Assembly: GCA_013265495.1 (NCBI GenBank)
Contig: MU058054.1
Span: 186,001 to 250,000 of the forward strand
Reading direction: 5' to 3'
DNA length: 64,000 nucleotides
From: Vicugna vicugna
Taxonomy: Eukaryota
Position numbers and translations under genes: made by a program. A model generated the notes under the pieces. That model ran no database searches. It was not told the DNA's origin and was given only the letters and a program-made list of their open reading frames with translations. Below, piece after piece: positions 12,421 to 23,820 of this stretch; within the stretch, counting starts at the first letter, position 1, and each line of letters begins with the position of its first letter.

Positions 12421-14290
12421 ACTTCAGCAAGCTCTTGTGCAAACTGAATCAGAGCAGATGTGTTAAGAGCTTAGCAATATGCCAGCTAACTCTTTTTCCT
12501 TAAAGGTACCTGTTGTTATTATTATTCATAATTATAGTTATGGTTTATATAATAATATTCAGCTGAACCATGTAAATTATAGACACTGAACCACATTTGA
12601 CCTATAAGTAAAGAGATTTCACAGGGCTCATCCTGTTCATCTACCCTCCTCTCCCCGCCTCTTTGGAGCAAAGCAGGCTTTTACTGTTCACAAAGTTGCA
12701 AAACACTTTTCACCCTGTATTCCCCTGTTCAATCTGGGCTGCCACAACCGGACAGGCAGAAAGCGCGAGGCCACCGTTTTCTTGCATCTGTAACGGAAAA
12801 CTTCGTAGCAGGCAGTAACTGCTCCAGGCTTGTCAAAAAGATGCATTTCATTCTGTTAATTAATAAGAACGATTAACGTAACACCTGTTTACCTATCTTA
12901 TAGGATTATCTGAGGATCAACTAGATACGGGCGTATGTAAAAACACTTTGTAAAGTGGGAAGTTCTGTTACAATGTTGACACACTAGATTATTGGTGTTA
13001 TCTGCTCTTACTACCACAACATCTAACAGAATGGCTATCTCAGCCTTTCTCAGCCAATGATAATAAACTGTCTCATCACAGTTAAATACTCAAATTACAA
13101 TTTACTTTGAACCCTCCTGGCCCTCATGGGAACCCAGCCTCTGCAGATTGTTCCAAGCTGTTTTGAAGAGCCCTCCGGTGCTGGGTCACATCAGCCCCAG
13201 AATGTCCCCTTTATGTTCTTCCCTCCAGCTGTGGTCCCCACACCCTCTGAATTCCCACCAGGCTGGGCATGGCCATCCTCTGGGGGTGCCACCACTGAGC
13301 CCACTGCTGGTCTCCTCTTAGCCACTCAGCCCCAATCACGGCTGGGGCCCTTTTCTCAATATTTAATGGATCAGACACAGTGTTTAGCAGGAGCTGATAA
13401 AATTTAGGGGACCATGGAAGAAGAGGAAAACAAAGAAAAATACTCACATCCTTGATCAGGATGGTTCTTCTCAGCACCCACAGATCCTAGACTGGTACCC
13501 GGGTTATCTCACAGGGCCACCACCTGGCCGGTCCCAGCTTGCTCCACACGGCAGGGCCCAGCCCTGCACCACCTCCAGGGTGGCCTGGACCATGTCTTCC
13601 CTCATAGGGCAGATGCACCCTTCTTCAAACAGGGAGACAGAGAGAGGGAGGGGGGACGAACTTCTCCATCACCCGCAAGGCCCACATGCTAAGTCCTCAA
13701 TTTCTGCTCCAGGACAGCCTTCCTCCCAGGATGACTGGCAGTGGGAATTTTCCTTTAATGGCATTTACCCCCCTCCCAAGGCCACAGTGTTGCTCTTTGC
13801 AAACAGCACAATGATAATAGGAATACAGAACCCTCCAGATCAGTCCAGCCCAGGATGTATGTACCATCTGTGTCCAGCCCAGAATGGTCCAGGCCCTCTC
13901 CATAGTTTCTGTTCCAGGTGACAATCACGTTTGACTATGCTTTCTGCCGTCCTCTAGACTAGAGTTGCCCAAATCTTCCAAAACACCCATTCAAAGTACC
14001 CACAGTTCCACAAAGAACAAACAACAGTGTATGGCTCAGTGCACTCATGATTAAGACAGAACCAGGAACCCTTTCCACACCCCCCCAAAGAGCACAGAAT
14101 TAGCTGAGCGCCAGCTACATGCACCGCAGATAGAAGACCCCTGCTCTCAGGAGCTTCCCCACCAGTAGAGATAAAAGCTACTAACTCTTTAGCCTGTCAG
14201 CAGAGCCCCGGTTAAAGGGACAGGGCTCATCCGTATGATGGAAGGCTGGGACAGACCAAGCATGCTTTTTATTATGTACTGGTAGAGGAT

Positions 14291-14820
14291 TGTGGTCGGC
14301 AGCTTCTGAAATAGCTCCCAGTGATTCCTGCCTCCTGGGATTAACAACCTTTATAATCCCCTCCCTGTGTGTGTGTGGATGTGTGCACATGCATGTGGTG
14401 GCTGGGGAGGGGTGTGGGGGACAGCTGGACCCAATGCCTTCTTCCAACAACTAGAATATAGCAAGGGTGATGGATGGCACTTGGGGATTGGGCTCTCAGT
14501 TTGCTCACTCTCCTCCTTCTCAGCATACCTACCTTAATGACATAAGCTGCCGTGTGGGAGACGCCCACGTGGCCAGGACATGAGACGGACTAAGCCACTG
14601 AGTCCAGTGACTCCCAAGGAACTGAATCCTGCCAACAACCCCACGAGTGAACTTGGCATCTGATCCCCGTCAACACCTGGATGGCAACCTGGGAGAGGCC
14701 CCAAGTGGAGGACCCAGCTGACAGGGCGCCTAGGTTCCTGATCTACAGAAGTTGAGCTGCAAATGTTGTTGCCACAAGCCATTAAGTTTTGGGGTAATTT
14801 GTTATGCAGCAAGATAATTA
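14291..14820 (+). mobile_element. MaLR solo LTR (MLT1F-like)
   Basis: Starts TGTGGTCGGCAGCTTCTGAAATAGCTCCCAGTGATTCCTGCCTCCTGG; ends AAGTTTTGGGGTAATTTGTTATGCAGCAAGATAA. Confidence 0.75.
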
Positions 14821-17779
14821 GGATGGGAATAATCTTCAAGACGTCTTTTTAAGTAGAAAAATCAAGGTACAGAAAAATGTGTATGTTATTTGTAGAAAAA
14901 GGGAGAAATATTTCCATTATATGCATATGTGTGTATCCATATATAAATTTGCATCCATATGCATAAAATAGCTCCGAAATGATACACATTAAATTCAGAA
15001 TTTGGGTTGAGTCCAAGGAGAAGACCTGTGTTTGTTCACTGCACACCTTTTATGTCTTGATTTCGTATCATGTGAAACTGTTGACTATTCAAAAAGTAAG
15101 CACAACATTGTTTTTCAAAAAGAACCAGTCAATAACCCACCCAGAAAAAAAGAAAATGAAGATAAAGTTCTTTAAAAAGCAATTAATCAAACCTCAAACT
15201 CGGGAGCTGTTATTGATCCGTGCCTGCCTCTTTGTCCCCACATCCAAGGGCTGTCAACTCTCCTTTCAGAATCTCTCAGATCGGACCCACTTCTCCCCCG
15301 CTGTCCTCACTCCTACTACCTGGACCAAGCCACAGGCATCTTTCGCCTGGACTATTGCAATCACTTCCTAAGCATCCTCCCTGCCTCCTTTCCCGATCAT
15401 GCTGCACCCAGCAGCCAGAGGGATCTTTAAAAATTAAAAATTAGACCACATCGCTCCCTTTCTTCATACTGGAGTTTTCAGGTCAGATTTTCACTTCCTC
15501 TTTTAATGTGAATTTGGGTATAGGTGATAGCTTCCAATGATAGAAATACTCCTGGAAAAAAACAAAGGGAGAAGGGAATTAATACATACTAGGTGCTTCC
15601 ATAAAGCAGACTTTACATATATTACTTTGTTTGCTCTTCATAAAAGCCCTATGGTATGGCCAGTTATGGTCCCCACTTCACAGATGAAGACAATTGAGGT
15701 CAAGGAGGCTGCAGGACGTGTCCATGGGAACTGTCTGCTCTGCATCCCCTTCTCCTGGGATCTCCCCTTAGCTCCAGCCACCTGCTCATTGTAGGAGCTG
15801 CCATCATCTGCAATTGTCCTGCCTCCTGACCACAGCTGATTCATTCAAGGGCAGGCATCTGACCCTGTCCTGCAGGGATCCCTTCCCAGGCTGCCTACAG
15901 CTGCAGAGAGGCCCAGTAAGCCAGCTCAGCCAGGGGCCTTTGATGACCATCACTCGCAGCAGACAAGATGCCGATCTGTGGTGGTCAACCTTCCCTGGAC
16001 TTGGACCAGGGAGTCTGGCCACTACTCCCCCTTCTGCCCTGAAAGTGAGTTTGTCACTTTCTCTGCACTCTCGGGATCGTGTCTGTGAAATAACAGGATG
16101 GGGGCCAGGGGGGTGGTTTGGATTGGAGGAGATGATCTCCGTGGACCCTATCTCTTCTGTGTTAACTTGGGAACTGTGGTTCCCCATGCAGGGCCTCAGT
16201 TTCCTCAGCTGTAAAATGAGAATTGGAGATGGCAGTTGGGGGTGAGGAATGGATGAGACAATTTCAAAACCTCATGAGGCCATCACGTCAGCAGTAAGTG
16301 GCTGCCTTCCTTCTCAATAGGGGAGACGTCCTTCCCCCTGACTTTTGGCTGAGCCCCTCCAGGCTTCTTCAGTGAGAGGATGGTAGACCTTCTAATGTGG
16401 GACTCCTGACTCGGACGGAGCTGATCTCACTTACAGCAAACGAGTCACAGAGACAAAAACCATCTGTGGTGTGGTGGAGACCCTGCCAGAGGCCCCCTCA
16501 ACCTGCCTGTTGCCAAGACCCCAGCTCCTACCCCCCAGCCCTCTTGGCAACCCCTCTCCCCCCAGATTTGATTAAATGTTACATCTCCCATCGTGCACTC
16601 GGGCCTCCTGCTCTGAGGTTACTAGCTGCTCTTAAGAGTTCTTTATACAACTCCACTTGGGCTCCGAGCCACTGAATTCTTCCTGCTAATGCATTACTTA
16701 GATTAGCTAAGGATGTTGGCATTTAGAGCCAAACTCCAGCATTCATCTCAGAAGGCAGCCCCATGATGGCCATGGCTGTTCTTTAAGTGTGGCTCTCCTC
16801 TGCAGATTGTTTGCAATGTAAGGTGTTACACAGGCTCTCACTCTTATCTCTAATTCTGCATGCTTTCACGATTAGCTGGCTAGGAGTACAGACGTTTCAC
16901 TGCTGGCCTCTGGCATGTCAATCAGTCCAAGGTACGAGGCAGCAGACTCCAGCCACTTTTATACCCCCAGTACCCCGACCCCTCTTCAGGAGACCCCACC
17001 TTGCCTCTCGGCCGAGATCGAGCAGGTCTAGCGTCCCCTGCTGCCCGGAATGCTGAGGGGCCCTCACATCTGTATGACATTTGACAGCTTATGAAACTTT
17101 CACTTACCCTCTTCACATGCCTGATTGCTATTTTACAGATGGGGAAACTAGATCTCACAAAGGACGTCTTTGTCAATTATAATGCAAAACACAGATGGCT
17201 AATTAGGTTCACTAAGCAGCCAAATTTCTTCACTTTTGAGTCCAGGGTTTTTCCCGGTACACCGCAGCTGCCTGTGGTTTATTAAAAGGAAACCAACTCG
17301 GAGAAATGGATGGCCTACCCAAGACGGTCCACACCAGATGTTAGGGATAAAACCATGCTTTAGGGAACATAAGAGTTCATTTTTCTTTCACATGACAGTC
17401 CATGATAGCTGTCAGCTCAGCTGCACACAGTCTGTCAAGACCCAGGTTCCATCCAAGTTGTTGCTCTGCTGTCTCCAGGGCCCATTTATGACTTACCTGT
17501 ATGACTGAAGCTAATTTTGCAGCCACATCTGGGTTGCAGCTGGTGGGAAGGGAAAAGAGGAGGAGAATGGCCATGATTTTAAGGCCGGAGCCCCCAAATG
17601 ACACATATCATTACCACTCACACTCCACTGGAGAGAATTTGGTCACATGGCTGTCCTTCACTGCAAAGTGGGCAGGGAGCTATAATCTAGCTATGCGCCC
17701 AGGAAAGAAGGGAGATGGAGTTAGTGGGGTGACTAGCAGAATCTCCCACACAAAGCTTTGAAAGTCTCCAACTATTCTT

Positions 17780-17938
17780 TTCTTTAAAAATTTACTTATT
17801 TGTATTTATTTTAATTTGGGGGGGGTAGGTGATTATGTTTACTTATTTACTTATTTATTTAATGGAGGTACTGGGGATTGAACCCAGGACCTCATGCATG
17901 CTAGGCATGCAGTCTACCACTGAGCTATCCCCTTTCCC
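17780..17938 (-). mobile_element. tRNA-Ala-derived SINE
   Basis: tRNA head plus A-rich tail; TSD AAGTCTCCA(A/G)CTATTCTT at 17762-17779 and 17939-17956. Confidence 0.92.
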
Positions 17939-19289
17939 AAGTCTCCAGCTATTCTTCAGACTCTCCTTGACTCCCTCCCAAGAAAATAGCTTCCCTCTTA
18001 CCATCCTCCTCGTACCTAAAAAGCAAAATTTAAGGACCATCTTTGGGTTTTGAAGGCCCTTTGGTCTTCTAGTAATCATTATTAAAATATTTTTCCATTC
18101 TTTCAATTACCACCCACCCTCTAGAACGGGCACCTAATGGCATTATCTTTAATCCTCACAATAGCCCATTAAGAGAGTATTATTATTTTCCTTTTGTAAG
18201 AGAGGAAATTGAGACTCTGGAAAATTGAGTGTCTGATCCATGGTAGAGTCCGAATTTGAACCCAGTTCTTACTCCATAGGCCAAACGTCCTGCCACACAC
18301 GTGGTCTCACGCTTATCTATTTTGTCACTACCATTTTTCTTCTCATCCAGAAACACCTTCTGAAGATTGGCTGCTGGGCCAAAAGCCAGGGCTGAGGGAC
18401 CATGGCAAACAGGCAGATGAGGGTTTGAGATTTTTTTTATAGACCCCCCCCCCTTGCATTGCCACGGGAATGGTGTGAGGTCCCAGGATAGCCGCACACT
18501 GGGAGCATATTTTATTCCAGGGCTGTGCTCTGGTTGCCTTCCAGAATGGCTCCAGGGCTGGGACCCAGACTCTTCACATTGAGAACAATTCTTAACAAAA
18601 ATGAAAGCATGTGTTTTGGTTCCAGATACTGTTTTATGGAAAAGGCTAATCTAATAAGAAAAAATTTTTCAAAATCCTTGGAAAAGCTCACTTCTCTTAT
18701 AACCCATGGACCAACATGACTTTCCGTTGTGGTTTTGGACAACCTTGTAATTAATTTCTAGCATGTCGGTACTGGGTCCAATGGAGAGGAGGAGTCTTAA
18801 TGTGTTCATGTGACAAACTTATTCTCTGTCTGCATCAGTCAGCGTAGGCAGCGTCCCCAGTTTCATACTAAATGGCACTTGAGGGTTATCTAGAATGAGA
18901 CCCACACAGGGCTGCCCTTTCTTCTTACAGTATACACCCCACACTTAGACCCATTCACTCCCAAGTCACCACTGTACTTCTGGGCTGCTCCGGAAACCTC
19001 AGTGTTTTTCTTTCAACTCAAATGACATCTTTTTCCTGAAAACATTCGTCTGTTGGTTCTGGTGTTCCCTCTTGTATCATCTAGAGCAAATTAATTCCCC
19101 TCCCATGTGACAGCTCTTTACATATCTAAAGATATAGCTCTGTCTCCCAGAGGCTTCTCTTCCTTGAGTGAACACCCCAGCTCCTTAAACTTTTTTCTGG
19201 ATAGCAGCTCTGAGTTTCCTAACCCCGCAAGCATCCTGGTCCTCCCTCTGCAGAAGGGGTTTCCATTTGGCCCATCTCCCTTTTATTGG

Positions 19290-19790
19290 TCAGGAATAGA
19301 AGTCCAATTCAAATCAAAGTAAGACTAATAAATAAGGGAGGGGGTGTTGAGAATTTATTGGCTCACAAAGCTAACAGAAGGAGACAGACCTTCGCCTTCA
19401 GGCATGGGTGGATCCAGGAACTCAGTGTTATCAGGACTCCGTTTCATTTTGTCCATCTCTTAATTCTGTTTTCTTCCATGTCGTCTTCATTCTCAAACAT
19501 AAGCATTCAATGCAGTGAGTCAGGATGACTTAAGGCTAACATCCTCCCAGGTCTATAGTCTCAGTGGAAGGGCTGCATTTCCCCCCATGATTGCAACAAA
19601 AACCCCAGGCCTGGGTCTTAGGGGCAGGCCTGGGTTGCCTGTACTTCCTTAAAACCAGAGGATAAAACGGATCCCTCAGAACCACACAGACTGAGAGTGG
19701 GAGGGAGACTCCGCAGAGGAAAATCTCACTGCTATTATCAGGAAAAGGGGAGTAAGTGGTGGGCAGAAAAAACCCAATGAAAACAGATGT
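19290..19790 (-). mobile_element. Old MaLR LTR (MLT1K-like)
   Basis: GAATTTATTGGCTCAC...TTCAGGCATGGGTGGATCCAGGAACTCA motifs typical of MLT1K/L in reverse orientation. Confidence 0.55.
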
Positions 19791-20144
19791 CGACTCCATG
19801 ACTCTTACCCTCTCAGCTACATGGGTTTTTTTTTTTTTTTTATCTTATCTTTCTATCCCCTGAGTGTTCAGCACAGTGGGAGCTAAAAATTGCTTGCTGA
19901 ATGGACAAGTCGTGCTCACAGAAGCAGCCCAGCTCTATGCAAGGAAAAAAAAAGGAAATTACCCTAACAGGAGGCAAATTATTCAACAAATATTTATTAA
20001 ATGCTTACCCTGTGCCCAGGCACTGGTCTAGAGGAACAAGAAAAACAGACAGGGCACTTGCCCCCAAGGACCTTCCCTTCCCATGGGGGGTGGGAAGGTA
20101 GCCAGTTATGATCATAAGCAAATAAATAGATAAAATCCAGGTGA

Positions 20145-20505
20145 TATGAAATTCTGACACCGGCTATAACACAGATGAACCTCGAAGAAATTATGCGAAG
20201 TGAAATAAGCCATTAAAAAAAAGAACACTGTACGATCCCACTTACATGTGGCATTTAGAGTAATCAAGTTCATAAAGACACGAAGCAGAATGGTGGTGAG
20301 CAGGCGCTGGGGGAGGGGTGAATGAGGAGTTAGTGCTGAAAGGGTACAGAGTTTCAGATGGGGAAGGTGAAGAAGTTCTGGAGACGGATGGTGGTGACGG
20401 CTGGACAACAGCGTGTATGTACTTATTGCCAGTGAATTGCAAACTCTGAAATGGCTGAAATGGTAAATTTCATGTGAAGTGCATTTACCACACTTTTTTA
20501 AAAAA
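20145..20505 (+). mobile_element. Old L1 3' end (L1MB-like)
   Basis: GATGAACCTCGAAGAAATTATGCGAAGTGAAATAAGCC...GGAGACGGATGGTGGTGACGG..AAATGGTAAATTTCATG. Confidence 0.8.
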
Positions 20506-20620
20506 GGCAGGTGACAATACACGGAAGCAGGAAAAGAGGAAGAGAAAATGCTGCAGAGAAGAAAGGAAATGTTATTTCAGACGAAGGGTCAGAAAAGGTC
20601 TTTCTGACGGGCTTGCATTT

Positions 20621-20720
20621 TTTTTTAATTGAGTTACAGTCAGTTTACAATGCTGTGTCAATTTCTGGTGTGCAGCATAATTTTTCAGTCATACATGAAT
20701 ATACCTATGTTCATTTTCAT
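20621..20720 (-). mobile_element. L1 3'-terminal ~100 nt plus poly-A, the 3' partner of the U6 chimera
   Basis: Minus strand ATGAAAATGAACATAGGTATATTCATGTATGACTG...CACCAGAAATTGACACAGCATTGTAAACTGAC..CTCAATTAAAAAA aligns with the L1 3' end at 2676-2776 of this window. Confidence 0.92.
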
Positions 20721-20722
20721 CG

Positions 20723-20829
20723 AAAAATATGGAACGCTTCACGAATTTGCGTGTCATCCTTGTGCAGGGGCCACGCTAATCTTCTCTGTATCGTTCCAAC
20801 TTTAGTATATGTGCTGCTGAAGTGAGCAC
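20723..20829 (-). pseudogene. RNU6: Full-length U6 snRNA retrocopy (U6-L1 chimera)
   Basis: Minus strand GTGCTCACTTCAGCAGCACATATACTAAAGTTGGAACGATACAGAGAAGATTAGCGTGGCCCCTGCACAAGGATGACACGCAAATTCGTGAAGCGTTCCATATTTTT equals U6 with 5 substitutions; no upstream PSE/TATA seen; TSD at 20604-20620 and 20830-20846. Confidence 0.97.
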
Positions 20830-21633
20830 CTGATGGGGTTGCATTTGAGGCAGAGTCCTGAACGGGATAGGGGGTGGCCCACTGACTATGGAGGGTGGAG
20901 GTGGGGGGCATTGGAGAATGTGCCAGGCAGAGCAATCGTATATGCAATGGCCCTGAGGCAGCACCAATGGTCTTGGCAAGAACAGCAAGGGAGCTAGTGC
21001 AGCTGGGACCCAAGCACAGGGGAGAACAGCAGGTGGGGAGATCTAGGAGCAACTGGGGGCCAGATCTCACAGGGCCTGACGGCCATAGTGAGAGCTCTGA
21101 GTTTTACCTTAAGGAGCTAGGAAGCCATGGAAAGGCTCGAATAGCATAATATTACTCCCCCATCCCCTTTATAAAAAAATTTTCAAACATATGTAAAAAT
21201 AGGGAAAGTAGGATAATGCGTACCTACCACCTGAATTTAATCATTATTAACATTTTGCCCTGTTTGCTTCATTCTTTTTTTTTTTTTGGCTCAGATTTTG
21301 AAAGCCATTTTTCAGACATTGTGCTATTTCATGATAATTCAATGTGCATCTCTAGAAAATGAAGACATTTCCCACATAACCATGATATTAAATGTGTTCC
21401 TAACAGAATTAATGACCCTTTCATATCTGTATTCAAATTTCACCAATCGTTCCAAAATGTCTTTTTCCAGTTGGTTTGACTCAGGATTACACATTGCATT
21501 TTCAAAGTATGTTTCCTGAAGATTTTAAATCTAGGACAGTCTTTCACCTTATCCCCCCCTCCCCTTTATATCATGCTTTGATTATCGAAGAGGCTCGGGC
21601 AGTGTCCGATGGAATGTCCACGTTCTGGTGTTG

Positions 21634-21809
21634 TGACTTACCTGTATAAAGACGCCCTCTTGTTTCTGTGTGGATAATAAACTGTAAAGGGACAGGGAAG
21701 GAAGCCAAGAGACCAGCTGCGGGGCATTGCAATAAGAACAAAGACTAGGGCCACAGAGACAAGAGTACAAGAATGGAAACAAGATGGGGGTCTTTATACA
21801 GGTAAGTCA
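21634..21809. repeat. 33/34-bp inverted repeat around a 109-bp spacer, in an L2 fragment
   Basis: TGACTTACCTGTATAAAGACGCCCTCTTGTTTC (21634-21666) versus GAAACAAGATGGGGGTCTTTATACAGGTAAGTCA (21776-21809). Confidence 0.9.
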
Positions 21810-22199
21810 ATATGTTACTGAGAGTCAATATGTTATGAGAGTTCTCAATATGTTAGAGGGGGTCAAAGCTGATAGAGGCATCCAGTCCATCTTATCAGGG
21901 GAGAAGAAGCCAACTCTTTACAGACTACACTGATGAAACCATGAGAAGTAAGCTGGTTCGCCTTGTAGAAATCCAGTAAGACTCAGGAGCTGGGGGCACC
22001 AGGTATGCAGAAAGCTAAAAATAAGAGGCTTGGTTGATAATGACACTTAAGAGTGTCCACTTAAGAGTGTCTCCCCAAAATACTTTCCCTGCTCTAGCCC
22101 CTTCAGTGTGGCCCCTGAGTTGACTACCCTCTCTACGAATACAGAATTTCCATAAAACTTTTCAGCATCTCACTCTTTCATAAGAATAGACAAAGATTT

Positions 22200-23000
22200 C
22201 AAGTAAGTTGAAAAAAAGCTTCCAACAGTAAAGACAGAATAAAACAAACATAAAATAAGAACTAGAGGAAACAAGGACAATGCCGGGAGCAGAATAAAAC
22301 AAAAAAAATCCCATCCATAATTAATATCCTAGAGTAAGAGTCAGAAAAGATCCTGAGAATGTGTAAAAAGAACACAATGCTGTGAAAGCAACAAAGAACA
22401 AGACAAAGCTTGGAGAAACCATAAGTGTGGCAGCTGGAATAAAAATAAAGAAGGGTTGGAAGTTAGGGTCCAGGAAATTCCTCCAAAAGTAAATTAACAA
22501 GATAAAAGCAGAAAATTGGGGGAAAAAATCAATGAAGGGTTAAAAAGCCAACAAATTGGAGTTTCAGGAAGAAAGAAAAGAGAAAATGGATGGGGAGGAA
22601 ATTATGAAAGAAATATTACAAAGAAATTTCTCAGAACTAAAGACATGAACGTTCAAATTGAAAGGGTCCACTGAGTGCCCGACATGATGACTGGAAATTA
22701 GGCCTCACCAAGGTATATCACATAGAAACTGCAGAACCTTAGGAATAAAGAGAAGAACATAAAAACTTCTAGACAAGAAAAAACAGACTGCATACAAAGA
22801 ACTGAGTATCAAAAAGGTATCAGACTTCTAAGAACCCATATGCTTTAAAATGTTGAGGAAAAAATGATTTCCAGTCTAGAATTCCACACCCTGCAAAACT
22901 ATCATTTAAGAGTGATGGGCAATTAAAGACATTTTCAGATATTCCAGGTTTCAAAATTTTACCTCTCATGTACCCTTTCTCAGGAATCTATTAGAGTATG
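22200..23000 (+). mobile_element. Old L1 ORF1-region fragment
   Basis: A-rich; AAGAAATTTCTCAGAACTAAAGACATGAACGTTCAAATTGAAAGGGTCCAC and TCTAGAATTCCACACCCTGCAAAACTATC resemble L1 ORF1 (ENFPEL..; PRILYPAKLS). Confidence 0.7.
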
Positions 23001-23617
23001 TGCTCCAGCAAAACGAGGGAGTAAGTCAGAGAAGAAGACATGGGATCTAGGAAAAAGAGATCCAACATAGAAAAGAGATTCAGTGGACTTCTCCTTTCTT
23101 CCTAGGAGAAAGAATGTCCAAGAATAAGAGCTGAGCCCAAGCCCAGGGGGTACCCAGACCACACTGGAGCAGGAGGCTGGAGGGTTCCGGGAGGGGCTCC
23201 AGAAAAACAGTGGCACTGGAGGAAAAAGAAGACACGGATACACTATCTGTTAAACCATGTAGAAAACTGTCTGAGAAAGCCTGTTGAAGGTCAAAGAAAC
23301 TATGCAAATGAAAAAAAAAAAAAGAATGAGATAGTTGTCAATTCCAGGTAAAGACAAAAGCTGTCTGAGAAAGGAAATGTCACATGGTTTACTACTTAAC
23401 TCAGCAGAGAATAATATTTACCCGGTCACAATAATGCAAATATTGAATATTGATTTAAGTGATAATTATAACTCTATTAGGATGACTCAGGAGGATAAAC
23501 AACGGCAGAGGGTAAATAAGAAAGGGAACTTCTTCTCTGCCATGATAGAAAATTAGCAGGCAATGCCAGAAATTCCAAATTAAGAAAATTAAGAAATATA
23601 AGATTCAGCAATTAGAC

Positions 23618-23820
23618 AGGTGTCAACCAACCACAGCCCACCGGCCAAATCTGTTTTTGTAACTAAAGTACTGGGACACATCCATACCCACTCATTTACC
23701 TACATTGCCTACGGCTGCTTTCTAGATACAAGGAGATCTGAATAGTGGCAACAAAGACTGCATGGTCCAGGAAGCTGCAAATATTCACTGTGTAGCATTT
23801 TTACAGAAAAAGTAACCCCC
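23618..23820 (+). mobile_element. MER58A-like hAT MITE
   Basis: CAGGTGTCAACCAACCACAGCCCACCGGCCAAATCTG...AAATATTCACT...TTTACAGAAAAAGT. Confidence 0.7.

Noticed and set aside
20723..20829. Functional U6 gene
   Set aside because: Upstream is TSD and L2-like sequence with no PSE/TATA; fused to L1 and poly-A; 5 substitutions
21805..21855. CRISPR-like repeat-spacer array
   Set aside because: Eukaryotic context, 11-13-bp repeats with near-identical short linkers, no cas genes
22044..22071. 14-bp tandem duplication CACTTAAGAGTGTC (also a 17-bp one at 57808-57841)
   Set aside because: Ordinary slippage microduplications inside old repeats
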